Shown one piece after another: positions 50,402-62,086 of a stretch of 64,000 nucleotides of DNA; positions within the stretch are counted from its first letter, which is position 1, and every line of letters starts with the position of its first letter. Both the position numbers and the translations under genes were made by a program. Source of the stretch: an uncultured Clostridia bacterium (GTDB taxonomy: Bacteria; Bacillota; Clostridia; TANB77; CAG-465); assembly GCA_944388585.1 (NCBI GenBank), contig CALXJI010000005.1, forward strand, positions 96,012 to 160,011. Reading direction: 5' to 3'. The notes beneath the pieces were generated by a model. That model was not told the origin of the DNA and did not search any database. It worked only from the letters and a program-made list of their open reading frames with translations.

Positions 50402-51445
50402 TTAGTATTCGTACCAACTATGTGTCTTTTCATATAAGTCCTCTATTGGAGCAAATGGTGTAGCTTTATTTTTATATAATACATCAATATAATCTTGCTT
50501 TAATTGATAATTTATAACTTTATATTTACCAATATTATCTATACTAGTCAATACAGGTTCATTTTTATAATTATCAATGTCTATACCGTAGTCTACTCCA
50601 TTTACAGAAAATAAATATGCAATTTTCTTTCCATTTATATCAAATACTTTTCCCATATAATATTTATTTTCTACATTCATTCTATCAAATCTTGATTTTT
50701 GAGCTTCTAGATCTTTAAAAATAATCTTCATTTCTTCAATAGTTGAATAATCCAACAGATCATATCTTGTCTTTTTTACAAAATGTTTTGGCTTATTGTA
50801 ATTAACAAAATATTCTTCATTATTAATAACTACTCTCATTGTCTCATTTACTTTGTCAAAAGAAGCATCTACGTCTATAATGGTAAGTAATTTAAATAAT
50901 TTAAAACATTCAACATAAAACTCATTAATAGAATATATTAAATATAATTCCTTATCAACACGTATAACATCTCCTACCGTAATGTTTACTGGCACACCTA
51001 AACTTATTTTATATTCTTCATTTAAATGAGTTTTATTAGTGCAAATAGTTATTCTTCTTTGTATAGCTTTTCTATCTTCAAAATCCAGTGAATATTTTTT
51101 CCTTGAAATATCTGATATAGGAATCTTATACACATATCTAAGACTTAAGTTTGAATCTCCACTTTGCTCATATTTTTTTAAGTTTATATTGTAGTTCATA
51201 AATCTAAAATTTATTGGAAGATCATAGTTACTAATTTTATATGCATAAATGTGATTAAATCCCTTACCTATTACTAAATAGTCTTCATATTTTTGAGCGA
51301 TTTCCAAATTTCTAAAATCAATATCTCCAAGCTGGATTTTAGCAGATATTACATCGCCTTTTTTTAATGAATAAAAAAGTTTCCTTTGCTCTTTTGTAAT
51401 TTTAAAATTTTCTTTAAGTATACCAACACTATTAAGTGTTTTCAT
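50402..51445 (-). CDS. Hypothetical protein, tandem paralog A (347 aa)
   Basis: Homologous throughout to 51618..52691; conserved tail ATPFAPIEDLYEKTHSWYEY. Confidence 0.5.
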   Translation of the reverse strand: MKTLNSVGILKENFKITKEQRKLFYSLKKGDVISAKIQLGDIDFRNLEIAQKYEDYLVIGKGFNHIYAYKISNYDLPINFRFMNYNINLKKYEQSGDSNLSLRYVYKIPISDISRKKYSLDFEDRKAIQRRITICTNKTHLNEEYKISLGVPVNITVGDVIRVDKELYLIYSINEFYVECFKLFKLLTIIDVDASFDKVNETMRVVINNEEYFVNYNKPKHFVKKTRYDLLDYSTIEEMKIIFKDLEAQKSRFDRMNVENKYYMGKVFDINGKKIAYLFSVNGVDYGIDIDNYKNEPVLTSIDNIGKYKVINYQLKQDYIDVLYKNKATPFAPIEDLYEKTHSWYEY

Positions 51446-51573
51446 ACAAACTCCTCCTTTATAATAATTTTTGGTAAAAAATATTTTTGATACACAAATA
51501 TTATACTATATTTATGTAAAATTATCAACGTTCATATAATGTATTTTTCACATTTTATCAATGTATTCAATAT

Positions 51574-51608
51574 ATAAAAAAGATTGATATTAATTAAATA
51601 TCAATCTC
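51574..51608 (-). terminator. Rho-independent terminator after paralog B (agattgatat-taattaa-atatcaatct plus T-run on the minus strand)
   Basis: Perfect 10-bp stem. A related hairpin (aagattggtgtta...taacatcaatctt) follows paralog A at ~50366-50400. Confidence 0.6.
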
Positions 51609-51617
51609 TCAAAAAAC

Positions 51618-52691
51618 TTACTCATCAAAATGTCTATACCAATCATTATATTTCACATATATATCCTCAATAGGAGCAAAGGGTTCAACTTTACTTTTAA
51701 ATAAATTTTCTATATATTCTTTTTTAAAATCTTCATCTATTATATCAAAATTTGCAATTTCACAAAATTCTCTTAAGCTAGGATTTTCTTTAAATTTTTT
51801 AATATCTATCCCATAATCTTTTCCATTTGCTGAAAATAAATATACTATTCTTTCACCGTCTATATCAAACACTGTTCCAATATCATATTTATTTTCAACA
51901 TTTAATCCATCTAATCTTTCTTTTTGATGAATTAAATTTCTCTCAATAACTTCTATTTCTTCTTTTGTAGCAAACTCTAGTAGCGAAAACTTTGGTATTT
52001 TATTAAAATATCTAACTTTTTTATATTCGATATAATATTGGTTTCCGTCTACTATTACTTGCATTATATCATTTATTCTATCAAATACACATTTTCCATT
52101 TACAGATAATTTATATTTTTTATTATAATCGTGCTCCAATAATTTAAAACAAGCTAACGTATGTAGAGTAACAAAATATACTAAATATTTAAAATTATTA
52201 ACAAGTATTACATCTCCTGGAAAAATTTCTAATGGAACATCAAGATCAAACTTAGTATCATTATATGGTCCAGATATTTTTTCTTTACATATAGATAATC
52301 TTCTTTTTATCTGCTTTTGATCTTCTATATCTATTGAAAATTTTTTAGCAGCTATATCACATATTGGAATTTTATATACTTCATCCATGTCTACAAAATA
52401 GTCTCTATCCATTTCTTTATATTTATTTGTTTTTATACAATAATCCATATTGTTAGTCTCACTATCTTTATTGTCACTCAATTTTAAAGCGTATATATTA
52501 TTTAAATCTTTATATATAACTAAATAATTAATATATTGTTTAGCAAAGCTTACATTTTTAAAATCAACTCTAAAATATTGATTTTTTGCCAAGAATATAT
52601 CTCCTCTCTTTAAAGATTTAAAAACATTTTTTTGTTTTTTAGTAATTTTCAGATTTTTACTAATTATGTTTAAATTATCTACAACCTTCAT
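51618..52691 (-). CDS. Hypothetical protein, tandem paralog B (357 aa)
   Basis: Conserved tail VEPFAPIEDIYVKYNDWY; N-terminal KRGDIFLAKNQY segment. Confidence 0.5.
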   Translation of the reverse strand: MKVVDNLNIISKNLKITKKQKNVFKSLKRGDIFLAKNQYFRVDFKNVSFAKQYINYLVIYKDLNNIYALKLSDNKDSETNNMDYCIKTNKYKEMDRDYFVDMDEVYKIPICDIAAKKFSIDIEDQKQIKRRLSICKEKISGPYNDTKFDLDVPLEIFPGDVILVNNFKYLVYFVTLHTLACFKLLEHDYNKKYKLSVNGKCVFDRINDIMQVIVDGNQYYIEYKKVRYFNKIPKFSLLEFATKEEIEVIERNLIHQKERLDGLNVENKYDIGTVFDIDGERIVYLFSANGKDYGIDIKKFKENPSLREFCEIANFDIIDEDFKKEYIENLFKSKVEPFAPIEDIYVKYNDWYRHFDE

Positions 52692-52896
52692 ACATATTCC
52701 TCCTTTTACATTAGTTTTAAGAGTAAAAAATTATTCGCACAAATATTATACCATTTTTATTGCATTAGTCAAGTTTTATGTAAAATCAGATCAATATTAT
52801 TCATATTATGTCTATCATATAACAAAATTTATTTTATTATTATATTGTAATTGACTATTGTAAACGTATATTATATTATATAGGTAGGTGATTAAT

Positions 52897-53346
52897 ATGA
52901 AAAAGAAATGGATATATGCATGCATATTAATATTTTGTATACTAATAATAGTTATACTTGCTATATTATTTAATGCACAAAATATGAAAAATATTCTAGC
53001 TAATGAAGAAAATCAAGTAAATGCTTTATATGAAATTTATGATAATTTTATATCATTAACATTTCCAGAAGCAGATATAAAATTAGATGAATCTGCACTA
53101 AAAAATATTATAACTTCACAAATATTTAATGAAGCTAATCAAGAAAAACTTAAAGAATTGGAAAAAGTAACTGATGATCCAAATTTATACACACTTTCAT
53201 ATAATTATAATGAAGATAAAAAAATTTTAACTCTATATCTAAAAGATGAAAATGGATATCTTCATGCAAATAAAGAATATAAATTGGAAATAAAAGATAA
53301 TACTATTGTTTATACACCATCACAAATAACACAAATAAGTAAATAA
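52897..53346 (+). CDS. Membrane-anchored hypothetical protein (start moved to ATG 52897)
   Basis: MKKKWIYACILIFCILIIVILAILF signal anchor. Confidence 0.45.
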   Translation: MKKKWIYACILIFCILIIVILAILFNAQNMKNILANEENQVNALYEIYDNFISLTFPEADIKLDESALKNIITSQIFNEANQEKLKELEKVTDDPNLYTLSYNYNEDKKILTLYLKDENGYLHANKEYKLEIKDNTIVYTPSQITQISK

Positions 53347-53452
53347 AAAAATTAAGAAAGCTAAATGAATAGCTTTCTTTTTTTATCAAATATTAATATA
53401 GTAAAAAGCATAAAAAAAGATGATACTAATGTATCACCCTTTTTAATCACGT

Positions 53453-54766
53453 TTATCCTAAAAATCCAGAATAATTTCTGCTTACCATTTGTGTCTCTAA
53501 ACTTGTTAACACTTCTAATGAAACACTAACTAAGATTAATATAGAGTTACCACTAAATGATATAGATTGATTTGTAAATGCCTGTAATATAATAGGTAGT
53601 ATGGCAATAAGTGCTAAAAATAATGCACCTGCACTAGTTACCTTTATTAATACAGAATTTATATATTCTGATGTATTTTTACCAGCTCTAATTCCTGGTA
53701 TAAATCCACCATTTTTCTTTAAATTATTTGCAATTTCTACAGGATTTACTATAAACATTGTATAAATAAATGTGAATAGTATAATTAATGCCATATAAAT
53801 TACAGCATATCCTAATAAGTAATACCATGGACTACTTGATGAAGCTGTAAATAGTGTATATACGCCTTTCCAAAATCCTGTTAAGTTATTTACATCTGTA
53901 ACAAGACTTATTATTATACTTGGGAATGACATAAATGACATTGCAAATATAAGTGGCATAACACCTGCCATTGCAAGTTTTATTGGAATATGTGTACTTT
54001 GTCCACCATACATTTTTCTTCCAACAACTCTTTTAGCATAATTTACTGGTATTCTACGTTCAGCTTTTTGAACAAATACAACTCCAGCAATTACAGCAAT
54101 AAGTCCTACCATTAATGCAGCAAAAATTAATATTCCTGTAAATCCACTTCCAGCTATACCTGCAAAAGAACTAATTGTTGTAGGTAATCCTGCTACTATA
54201 CCAAAGAAAACTATCATTGATATACCATTACCTATACCATGCTCAGTTATCTTATCTCCAAGCCATGTAAGTAATGATGTACCAGCCATTAATGAAACTA
54301 TAAATAATATAAATCCTAAAACTTTACCAGCACCATATGTTAGAGGTGTTAATAAATAAGTATTATATGTAAAATATAGTCCTAATCCTTCAATGAAAGC
54401 AAAAGCTATTGTTAAATATTTAGTATATTTTGAAAGCTTCTTTCTTCCTTCTTCGCCTTCTTTAGATAATTTTTCTAAACTTGGTATTACAAATTGTAAT
54501 AAATTTAAAACGATAGATGCAGTAATGTATGGTCCAATAGTCATAGCAAATATAGATAATCTACTAAAAGCTCCACCAGATATTAAGTTTATCATAGCAG
54601 TTAAACCATTAGAACTTGCACCTAACTGCTCATTTAAAGCTATTTTATCTAGACCAGGTATTGTTATAAATGTACCTACTCTAAATAAAACTAAAATTAA
54701 AAATGTAAAAAGTAATTTTTTTCTTATATCTTTAACTGAGAATATGTTTTTTATAGTTTCTAACAT
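53453..54766 (-). CDS. secY: Preprotein translocase SecY
   Basis: 10-TM SecY with conserved motifs; follows rplO. Confidence 0.9.
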   Translation of the reverse strand: MLETIKNIFSVKDIRKKLLFTFLILVLFRVGTFITIPGLDKIALNEQLGASSNGLTAMINLISGGAFSRLSIFAMTIGPYITASIVLNLLQFVIPSLEKLSKEGEEGRKKLSKYTKYLTIAFAFIEGLGLYFTYNTYLLTPLTYGAGKVLGFILFIVSLMAGTSLLTWLGDKITEHGIGNGISMIVFFGIVAGLPTTISSFAGIAGSGFTGILIFAALMVGLIAVIAGVVFVQKAERRIPVNYAKRVVGRKMYGGQSTHIPIKLAMAGVMPLIFAMSFMSFPSIIISLVTDVNNLTGFWKGVYTLFTASSSSPWYYLLGYAVIYMALIILFTFIYTMFIVNPVEIANNLKKNGGFIPGIRAGKNTSEYINSVLIKVTSAGALFLALIAILPIILQAFTNQSISFSGNSILILVSVSLEVLTSLETQMVSRNYSGFLG

Positions 54767-54767
54767 A

Positions 54768-55208
54768 TTACTTCACCTCAGTCTTTCCACCTACAGCTTG
54801 TATTTTTTCTTCAGCAGTTTTTGAAAATTTAGTAGCTACAACAGTAAGTTTTTTTGTAAGAGTTCCATTTCCTAGAACCTTTACACCATCTAGTTCTTTT
54901 CTAATAATACCTTCAGACAATAAAAGTTTAGCATCAACAACAGTACCATCATCAAATCTTTCTAAATCACTTAAATTTACAACTGCATATTCAGTTGCAA
55001 ATCTATTTTTAAATCCTCTCTTTGGGATTCTTCTATATAAAGGTGTTTGTCCACCTTCAAATCCTCTTCTAATGCTACCGCCTGATCTAGCCTTTTGACC
55101 TTTATGTCCTTTTCCAGCTGTTTTTCCAAGACCACTTCCTATTCCTCTACCAACTCTTTTTGAGTTTGTAGTAGCTCCATATGCTGGGCCTAACTCGTGA
55201 ATCTTCAT
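54768..55208 (-). CDS. rplO: 50S ribosomal protein L15
   Basis: Conserved L15 sequence. Confidence 0.9.
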   Translation of the reverse strand: MKIHELGPAYGATTNSKRVGRGIGSGLGKTAGKGHKGQKARSGGSIRRGFEGGQTPLYRRIPKRGFKNRFATEYAVVNLSDLERFDDGTVVDAKLLLSEGIIRKELDGVKVLGNGTLTKKLTVVATKFSKTAEEKIQAVGGKTEVK

Positions 55209-55253
55209 TCAAGCTTCCTCCTCTCTTTTCATATTATCGTAATTATTATATCA

Positions 55254-55763
55254 TTATTTAAGTATTTCTTCTACTGTTTTTCCTCTAAGTTTTGCAACTT
55301 CTTCTGGTGTTCTCATAGCTTTTAATGCTTTTATAGTTGCATATACAACATTTCTGCTATTACGAGAGCCAAGAGTTTTAGCTGTTACGTTTTTAACTCC
55401 TGCAAGCTCTAGAACTGGTCTTACTGCACCACCTGCTATTATACCAGTACCTTCAACTGCTGGTTTTAAAATTACTTTAGATGAACCAAAATTAGTTGTA
55501 TATTCATGAGGTAATGTACCATTTACTAGTGATACCTCAACTAAATTTTTCTTAGCATCATCAGTTGCCTTTTTGATAGCTTCTGGAACTTCTGAAGATT
55601 TACCTGTACCAACACCTACGCGACCATTTGAATCACCAACAACTACTAGTACACTAAATCTAAAAGTTCTACCACCTTTAACAACTTTAGCAACTCTACT
55701 TACATTAACAACTTTTTCTTTTAATTCAGTTTTAGTTTCTGCCATTTTTGTTTCTCCTTTCAT
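55254..55763 (-). CDS. rpsE: 30S ribosomal protein S5
   Basis: Conserved S5 sequence. Confidence 0.9.
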   Translation of the reverse strand: MKGETKMAETKTELKEKVVNVSRVAKVVKGGRTFRFSVLVVVGDSNGRVGVGTGKSSEVPEAIKKATDDAKKNLVEVSLVNGTLPHEYTTNFGSSKVILKPAVEGTGIIAGGAVRPVLELAGVKNVTAKTLGSRNSRNVVYATIKALKAMRTPEEVAKLRGKTVEEILK

Positions 55764-56122
55764 TAGAATTCTAACCCAGCTTCTCTAGCTGCGTCTGCTA
55801 ATGCTTTAACTTTACCATGGTATAAATAACCATTTCTATCAAAGACAACAGTGTTTATTTTTGCTTCTTTTGCACGTTTTGCGATTAATTTTCCAACTTC
55901 TGTTGCTGCTTCAATATTAGAAGCTTTAGTTTTTACTTCTTTATCTAAAGTTGAAGCTGAACAAATAGTTGATTGTTTTTCATCGTCTATTAATTGTGCA
56001 TATATATTATTTAGACTTTTGTAAACACAAAGTCTTGGTCTCATAGAAGTACCTTGAACTTTAGTTCTTACTCTTTTTTGTCTAATAGCTCTTGTGACAT
56101 TTCTACTTGTCTTATTGATCAT
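55763..56122 (-). CDS. rplR: 50S ribosomal protein L18
   Basis: Conserved L18. Confidence 0.9.
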   Translation of the reverse strand: MINKTSRNVTRAIRQKRVRTKVQGTSMRPRLCVYKSLNNIYAQLIDDEKQSTICSASTLDKEVKTKASNIEAATEVGKLIAKRAKEAKINTVVFDRNGYLYHGKVKALADAAREAGLEF

Positions 56123-56151
56123 TTTTAGACTCCCTCCTTAAACTTCTAAGA

Positions 56152-56688
56152 TTATTTCTTACCGCCAGCTTTTCCTTCTTTTCTCTTTATTCTTTCGCCA
56201 GCATATTTAATACCTTTTCCTTTATATGGTTCAGGTAATCTCTTTTCTCTAATGTTAGCAGCTACTTGACCAACTAATTGTTTGTCAATACCTTTTACTA
56301 CTATTGTATTTGGGTTAGGTACTTCTAAAGTTATTCCTTCCATTTCTTCAATTTCTACTGGATGAGAATATCCTAAAGTTAGTACAACCTTTTTACCTTG
56401 TTTTTGCGCTCTATATCCTACACCATTTACTTCAAGTGTTTTTTCAAAACCTTGTGTTACACCAATTATCATATTATTTATTAAAGTTCTAGTTAAACCA
56501 TGAATATTTCCGTGTAATTCATTATCTATAGAAACTTTTATTTGATTTCCTTCTTGAGCTATCTTAACACAATCTAAGAATGTATCTGTAAGTGTTCCTT
56601 TAGGTCCTTTTACAGTAACTACATTTCCTTCTATTTTAACTTCAACACCTGCTGGTATTTCGATAGGATTTTTACCTATTCTTGACAT
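56152..56688 (-). CDS. rplF: 50S ribosomal protein L6
   Basis: Conserved L6. Confidence 0.9.
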   Translation of the reverse strand: MSRIGKNPIEIPAGVEVKIEGNVVTVKGPKGTLTDTFLDCVKIAQEGNQIKVSIDNELHGNIHGLTRTLINNMIIGVTQGFEKTLEVNGVGYRAQKQGKKVVLTLGYSHPVEIEEMEGITLEVPNPNTIVVKGIDKQLVGQVAANIREKRLPEPYKGKGIKYAGERIKRKEGKAGGKK

Positions 56689-56721
56689 TTTGGTATACCC
56701 TCCTTTATTATCAAATATTTA

Positions 56722-57114
56722 TTACCAAATATATGCTAAAACTTCGCCACCAACATTTTCTTTTCTAGCAGCTTTATCTGTCATTATTCCTTTTGATGTA
56801 GAAATAATAGCTATTCCTAGTCCATTTAAAACTCTAGGTAAATCTTCTACATTTGCATATATTCTAAGACCAGGTTTACTTATTCTTTTTAAACCTTGTA
56901 AAACTTTTGAATTATTTACATATTTTAATGTTATTCTTATTGTTTTGTGATTATCTTCAATTATATCCATTGATTCAACAAAACCTTCAGATACTAAAAT
57001 ATTTGCTATTGCTTCCTTTTCCTTAGAATAAGGAACGTCAACTGTTGCATGTTTTTGTGCGTTAGCATTTCTTATTCTAGTTAACATGTCTGCAATTGGA
57101 TCTGTTGTATTCAT
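56722..57114 (-). CDS. rpsH: 30S ribosomal protein S8
   Basis: Conserved S8. Confidence 0.9.
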   Translation of the reverse strand: MNTTDPIADMLTRIRNANAQKHATVDVPYSKEKEAIANILVSEGFVESMDIIEDNHKTIRITLKYVNNSKVLQGLKRISKPGLRIYANVEDLPRVLNGLGIAIISTSKGIMTDKAARKENVGGEVLAYIW

Positions 57115-57133
57115 TTCCTTTATTCCTCCTTTT

Positions 57134-57319
57134 CTACCAGCTTGCTTTTTTTACACCTGGTATATCTCCTTGATATGCTAGTTTTCTAAAGCATAAACGG
57201 CATATTCCATATTTTCTCATGTAAGCATGTGGTCTTCCACATATTTTACATCTATTATAATATCTTGTGCTAAATTTTGGTTCTCTTTTTTGTTTAGCTA
57301 TCATAGATTTTTTTGCCAT
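57134..57319 (-). CDS. rpsZ: 30S ribosomal protein S14 type Z (zinc-binding)
   Basis: [22 protein letters not shown]. Confidence 0.9.
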   Translation of the reverse strand: MAKKSMIAKQKREPKFSTRYYNRCKICGRPHAYMRKYGICRLCFRKLAYQGDIPGVKKASW

Positions 57320-57333
57320 TTTTCAAGTCCTCC

Positions 57334-57873
57334 CTACTTTTCAGCGAATGGTAAACCTAGCATTTCTAATAATGCATAAGCTTCTTCATCAGTTTTTGCA
57401 GTTGTAACAAAAACTATATCCATTCCTCTTACTTTATCAATTTTATCATATTCTATTTCAGGGAATATAATTTGCTCTTTTACTCCCATATTATAGTTTC
57501 CTCTTCCATCAAAAGAATTAGGATTTACACCTTTGAAATCTCTTACACGAGGAAGCGCTACATTGAATAATTTAGTAGCAAAATCATACATTTTTTTATT
57601 TCTTAAAGTTACTTTACATCCAATATTCATACCTTCTCTTAACTTGAAAGCAGCTATTGATTTTTTTGCTTTAGTAACTATTGGTTTTTGTCCAGCTATT
57701 AAAGTTAAATCTCCCATTGCAACATCTAGAGCTTTTGAGTTATCTTTAACATCTGAAACACCCATGTTTATAACGATTTTTTCAAGCTTTGGTACTTCCA
57801 TTATAGATTTGTATCCGAACTTTTCTTTTAATGCTGGAACTACCTCTTTGTTATACTTTTCTTTAAGGTCCAT
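57334..57873 (-). CDS. rplE: 50S ribosomal protein L5
   Basis: Conserved L5. Confidence 0.9.
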   Translation of the reverse strand: MDLKEKYNKEVVPALKEKFGYKSIMEVPKLEKIVINMGVSDVKDNSKALDVAMGDLTLIAGQKPIVTKAKKSIAAFKLREGMNIGCKVTLRNKKMYDFATKLFNVALPRVRDFKGVNPNSFDGRGNYNMGVKEQIIFPEIEYDKIDKVRGMDIVFVTTAKTDEEAYALLEMLGLPFAEK

Positions 57874-57891
57874 TTATTTTTTCCCTCCTTA

Positions 57892-58212
57892 CTACTTTAT
57901 TTCATTACAGCTTTTACAGAATCTTGTTTTTGTTCCGTCTTCGTTTATTTTAATACCTAATCTTACACCCTTTTCACATTTATCACAATAAAAGTTTACT
58001 TTTGATACATCAATTGGGCATTCTATCTTTATAATACCAGACTCTTGACCTTGTTTTCTAGCTTTAACATGTTTTGTTCTAACATTTACATCTTTAACAG
58101 TTACTTTACCATTTTTTCTATCAATATCTAGTATTGTACCTTTTTTTCCTTTTTCTGAACCTGTATTTACTATTACAGTATCACCTTTTTTTAATTTTAA
58201 CTTTCTTAACAC
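57892..58212 (-). CDS. rplX: 50S ribosomal protein L24
   Basis: KOW motif KKGDTVIVNTG. Confidence 0.9.
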   Translation of the reverse strand: MLRKLKLKKGDTVIVNTGSEKGKKGTILDIDRKNGKVTVKDVNVRTKHVKARKQGQESGIIKIECPIDVSKVNFYCDKCEKGVRLGIKINEDGTKTRFCKSCNEIK

Positions 58213-58231
58213 TTCTTTTCACCTCCGTATA

Positions 58232-58600
58232 TTAAAGAACTTCTGGTGCTAGAGATAAAATCTTCATGTATTCGTTATCTCTTAGTTCTCTTGCCACTGG
58301 TCCAAAAATACGTGTTCCCCTTGGAGTCTTATCATCTTTAATTAAAACAGCTGCGTTTTCATCAAATCTTATATAAGATCCATCTTCACGTCTAAGACCT
58401 CTTTTACTTCTAACAATAACAGCTTTTACAACATCGCCTTTTTTAACAGCTGAGTTAGGTGCTGCCTTTTTTACAGAAGCTACAATAACGTCTCCAATAT
58501 TTCCCCATTTTCTATATGATCCACCAAGAACTCTAATACACATTAATTCTTTTGCTCCTGTATTGTCTGCAACTTTTAACAATGTTTGTTGTTGTATCAT
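58232..58600 (-). CDS. rplN: 50S ribosomal protein L14
   Basis: [17 protein letters not shown]. Confidence 0.9.
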   Translation of the reverse strand: MIQQQTLLKVADNTGAKELMCIRVLGGSYRKWGNIGDVIVASVKKAAPNSAVKKGDVVKAVIVRSKRGLRREDGSYIRFDENAAVLIKDDKTPRGTRIFGPVARELRDNEYMKILSLAPEVL

Positions 58601-58629
58601 GGATTTAGTCCTCCCTTCAAATTACATTA

Positions 58630-58905
58630 CTATTTAACTTTTTCCACAATTCTTACAAGTCTATATCTTTTATCTTTACTTAGTGGTCTAGTTTCCATTA
58701 CTTCTACAATATCTCCGATATTGCACTCATTATTTTCGTCATGAGCTTTAATTTTTAAAGTATGATTTCTAATTTTTCCATAAAGTGGATCTTTAACTTT
58801 ATCATCAATAGAAACAACGATTGTTTTGTCCATTTTATTACTTACAACTTTACCTTGTTTAGTTTTTCTTAAATTTCTTTCCACGTTCTTATCCTCCTTT
58901 ACCAC
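58630..58905 (-). CDS. rpsQ: 30S ribosomal protein S17
   Basis: Conserved S17. Confidence 0.9.
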   Translation of the reverse strand: MVKEDKNVERNLRKTKQGKVVSNKMDKTIVVSIDDKVKDPLYGKIRNHTLKIKAHDENNECNIGDIVEVMETRPLSKDKRYRLVRIVEKVK

Positions 58906-59105
58906 TAATTACTTTCCTTCTCTGATATTAAAGTATTCACTCTAGCAATTTCTTTTCTTACTAAAGTTAGTTTTTTAGGGTTATCAAGGCCTTTTAGAGA
59001 GTGTTGAAATCTTAATTTAAAAAGCTCGTTTTTTAATGCTTTTAATTCTTTTTGTAATTCTTCAACTGACATATTTTTATATTCATTGATTTTACTAGAT
59101 TTCAT
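58905..59105 (-). CDS. rpmC: 50S ribosomal protein L29
   Basis: Conserved L29. Confidence 0.9.
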   Translation of the reverse strand: MKSSKINEYKNMSVEELQKELKALKNELFKLRFQHSLKGLDNPKKLTLVRKEIARVNTLISEKESN

Positions 59106-59533
59106 TATTGTTCTCCTCCTTCTTGATCTTCTCTTTTAACTATTTTACATTTTACAGGAAGTTTATGCATTGCTTTTGTTAAAGCTTCTTTTGAAGTAGC
59201 TTCATCAAGTCCAGCTATTTCAAACATTATTCTTCCTGGCTTTACAGCAGCTACAAAATATTCTGGATTTCCTTTACCAGATCCCATACGTGATTCTGCA
59301 GGGTGTTTAGTAATAGGTTTATCTGGGAATATCTTTATCCAAGATTTACCAACTTTTTTAGTATATCTTGAAATTGTTACTCTCACTGCTTCTATTTGGT
59401 TTGCTGTAATCCAAGCTGGTTCTAATGCTTGTATTCCATACTCACCATCTGTTACTTTAGTACCTCTGTAAGCTTTTCCTTTTAAGATACCTTTTTGTAC
59501 TTTTCTATATTTTGTTCTTTTTGGTGACAACAT
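59105..59533 (-). CDS. rplP: 50S ribosomal protein L16
   Basis: Conserved L16. Confidence 0.9.
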   Translation of the reverse strand: MLSPKRTKYRKVQKGILKGKAYRGTKVTDGEYGIQALEPAWITANQIEAVRVTISRYTKKVGKSWIKIFPDKPITKHPAESRMGSGKGNPEYFVAAVKPGRIMFEIAGLDEATSKEALTKAMHKLPVKCKIVKREDQEGGEQ

Positions 59534-59535
59534 TT

Positions 59536-60192
59536 TTAGTTACCTCCTTTTTCAGTTTTTTTTGCAGGAAGTACTTCACCTTTATATATCCAAACTTTAA
59601 CACCTATAATTCCGTATGTAGTTTTTGCTTCAGCAAATCCATAGTCTATATCAGCTCTTAAAGTTTGAAGAGGAATTGTACCTTCATGATAATACTCTGT
59701 TCTTGCTATTTCTGCTCCACCTAGACGACCAGATACAGCAGTCTTAATTCCTAGAGCTCCTGCTTTCATAGTTTTTTGTATTGCTTGTTTCATAGCTTTT
59801 CTAAAAGATATTCTTTTTTCAAGTTGTAAAGCTATGTTTTCTGCAACTAATTGTGCAGCTAAGTCTACATCTTTAACTTCAACAATATTTAAAGATATTT
59901 CTTTTCCTATCTTTTTACTTAATTTATTTTTTATTTCTTCTATAGCTGCTCCGCCTTTACCAATTATCATACCAGGCTTTGCTGCATATATATCTACTAA
60001 AACTTTATTACCTTTTCTGGCAATTTGTAATTTATATATACCAGCTGGTTTTAATAAGTCTTTAAGATATGTACGTATATTATAATCTTCTACTAGATTA
60101 TTAGAGTAATCTTGCTTATTAGCATACCATGTTGAAGACCAGTCTTTAATTATTCCAACTCTAAGTCCGTGTGGACTAACTTTTTGTCCCAT
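59536..60192 (-). CDS. rpsC: 30S ribosomal protein S3
   Basis: Conserved S3 (KH domain). Confidence 0.9.
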   Translation of the reverse strand: MGQKVSPHGLRVGIIKDWSSTWYANKQDYSNNLVEDYNIRTYLKDLLKPAGIYKLQIARKGNKVLVDIYAAKPGMIIGKGGAAIEEIKNKLSKKIGKEISLNIVEVKDVDLAAQLVAENIALQLEKRISFRKAMKQAIQKTMKAGALGIKTAVSGRLGGAEIARTEYYHEGTIPLQTLRADIDYGFAEAKTTYGIIGVKVWIYKGEVLPAKKTEKGGN

Positions 60193-60207
60193 TATAACTT
60201 ACCTCCT

Positions 60208-60549
60208 TTATGCTTCTTTTAACACAACTGTAATGTGACTAGTTCTTTTTCTTATTCTGTTAGCTCTTCCTTGAGCTCTTGGCATAATTCTTTTCATTGT
60301 AGTTCCTTGGTTAGCATATATTTCTGAAATATATAATTTAGATTCATCCATTTGATTATTATTAACTGCATTAGCCATTGCTGATTTAACTAATTTTGCA
60401 ACCATAGGTGCAGCTGCTTTATTAGTATATTTTAATATTGCTAGTGCTTCTTTTGCATTTTTTCCTCTAATAGTATCAATAACTATTTTTACTTTTCTGG
60501 CACTAATTCTAGCATGACGTAATTCAGCTCTTGCTTGTTTTTCTTCCAT
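60208..60549 (-). CDS. rplV: 50S ribosomal protein L22
   Basis: Conserved L22. Confidence 0.9.
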   Translation of the reverse strand: MEEKQARAELRHARISARKVKIVIDTIRGKNAKEALAILKYTNKAAAPMVAKLVKSAMANAVNNNQMDESKLYISEIYANQGTTMKRIMPRAQGRANRIRKRTSHITVVLKEA

Positions 60550-60579
60550 TTCTTAAGCTCCTCCTTTTTTTAAAGTTTA

Positions 60580-60858
60580 TTAGTTTACTTTAGTCTTTTT
60601 ATCTCCTGCGTGTCCTCTGAATAATCTTGTAGGAGCAAATTCTCCTAACTTATGTCCTACCATTTCTTCTGTTACATATACTGGAACATGTTTTCTACCA
60701 TCATGTACTGCTATAGTGTGACCAATCATTTGAGGATATATAGTAGAGGATCTTGACCAAGTTTTTATAGCTTCTTTTCTATCTTCTTCATTTAATTTTT
60801 CAACCTTTGCTAATAATCTTTCATCGCAATAAGGTCCTTTTTTAAGTGATCTTGACAT
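60580..60858 (-). CDS. rpsS: 30S ribosomal protein S19
   Basis: Conserved S19. Confidence 0.9.
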   Translation of the reverse strand: MSRSLKKGPYCDERLLAKVEKLNEEDRKEAIKTWSRSSTIYPQMIGHTIAVHDGRKHVPVYVTEEMVGHKLGEFAPTRLFRGHAGDKKTKVN

Positions 60859-60876
60859 CTTTTATACCTCCATATA

Positions 60877-61710
60877 CTATTTTCTATTTCTTCTCTTAAC
60901 AATATATTTATCTGTTCTATTATTATTTTTTCTTGTTTTATAACCGTGAGCTGGTTTACCCCAAGGAGTACGTGGTCCAGTGTGTCCAACTGGTGCTCTA
61001 CCTTCACCACCACCATGTGGGTGATCAACTGGATTCATAACAGAACCTCTAACTGTAGGTCTTATTCCCATATTTCTTGTTCTACCTGCTTTACCAAGTT
61101 TAACATTTTCAGCTTCTAAGTTACCTACTTGACCTATACATGCTCTACAATCAACACTTATAAGTCTCATTTCTCCAGAAGGCATTCTAATATGTGCATA
61201 TTTTCCTTCTTTTGCCATAAGTTGAGCTGACATACCAGCACTTCTTACAAGTTGTGCACCTTTACCTTTATGTAGTTCTATATTATATATCATAGTACCT
61301 ACTGGTATTGCATCTATTGGCAGACAGTTTCCTGGTTTTATATCTGCTTTATTTGAAGATATAACTTTATCTCCATCTGTAAGTCCTAATGGAGCTATTA
61401 TATATGCTCTTTCTCCATCTTCATATTCTATTAAAGCGATATTTGCAGTTCTGTTTGGATCGTATTCAATACCAATAACAGTTGCTTCCATATCAACTTT
61501 ATTTCTTTTAAAATCAATTACTCTATATTTTCTTCTGCTTCCACCACCATGATGTCTTACAGTAATTTTACCAGAATTGTTTCTACCTGCATTCTTCTTT
61601 AATACAGTTAACAAACTTTTTTCTGGTGTGCTTTTTGTAATCTCATCGTTTGTTAATGTTGTTGTATTTCTAAGTGATGGAGTAACAGGTCTAAATGATT
61701 TTATTCCCAT
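60877..61710 (-). CDS. rplB: 50S ribosomal protein L2
   Basis: Conserved L2. Confidence 0.9.
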   Translation of the reverse strand: MGIKSFRPVTPSLRNTTTLTNDEITKSTPEKSLLTVLKKNAGRNNSGKITVRHHGGGSRRKYRVIDFKRNKVDMEATVIGIEYDPNRTANIALIEYEDGERAYIIAPLGLTDGDKVISSNKADIKPGNCLPIDAIPVGTMIYNIELHKGKGAQLVRSAGMSAQLMAKEGKYAHIRMPSGEMRLISVDCRACIGQVGNLEAENVKLGKAGRTRNMGIRPTVRGSVMNPVDHPHGGGEGRAPVGHTGPRTPWGKPAHGYKTRKNNNRTDKYIVKRRNRK

Positions 61711-61723
61711 TTCTTATTCCCTC

Positions 61724-62086
61724 CTAGTTATTTCCAAATGCTGAACTAATTTCTTCTATTTCAGTTTTATATTTTTTATTAACTTTAGTTTCTTTTCCAC
61801 CTTTAGCAAGATATTTTTCATCTGCTGGGTTAGTATCAATACTTACTATAGCTTTTTTCCAAGCTTTTGTTGACCCTTGGTGTACTCCAACTCTTTTAGC
61901 TTTTCCATCATATCTTAAAGTGTTTACTTTTAATACTTTAACTCCAAAAAGCTCTTCAACTGCATTTTTTATTTCTACTTTTGATGAATTTAATGCAACC
62001 TCAAAAGTATATTTTCCATTTGCAATTTCGCTATAACTTTTTTCAGTCATAATAGGCTTAATTATAACGTCTTCTGCATGTTTCAT
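61724..62086 (-). CDS. rplW: 50S ribosomal protein L23 (with ~25-aa C-terminal extension)
   Basis: Conserved L23 core. Confidence 0.85.
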   Translation of the reverse strand: MKHAEDVIIKPIMTEKSYSEIANGKYTFEVALNSSKVEIKNAVEELFGVKVLKVNTLRYDGKAKRVGVHQGSTKAWKKAIVSIDTNPADEKYLAKGGKETKVNKKYKTEIEEISSAFGNN

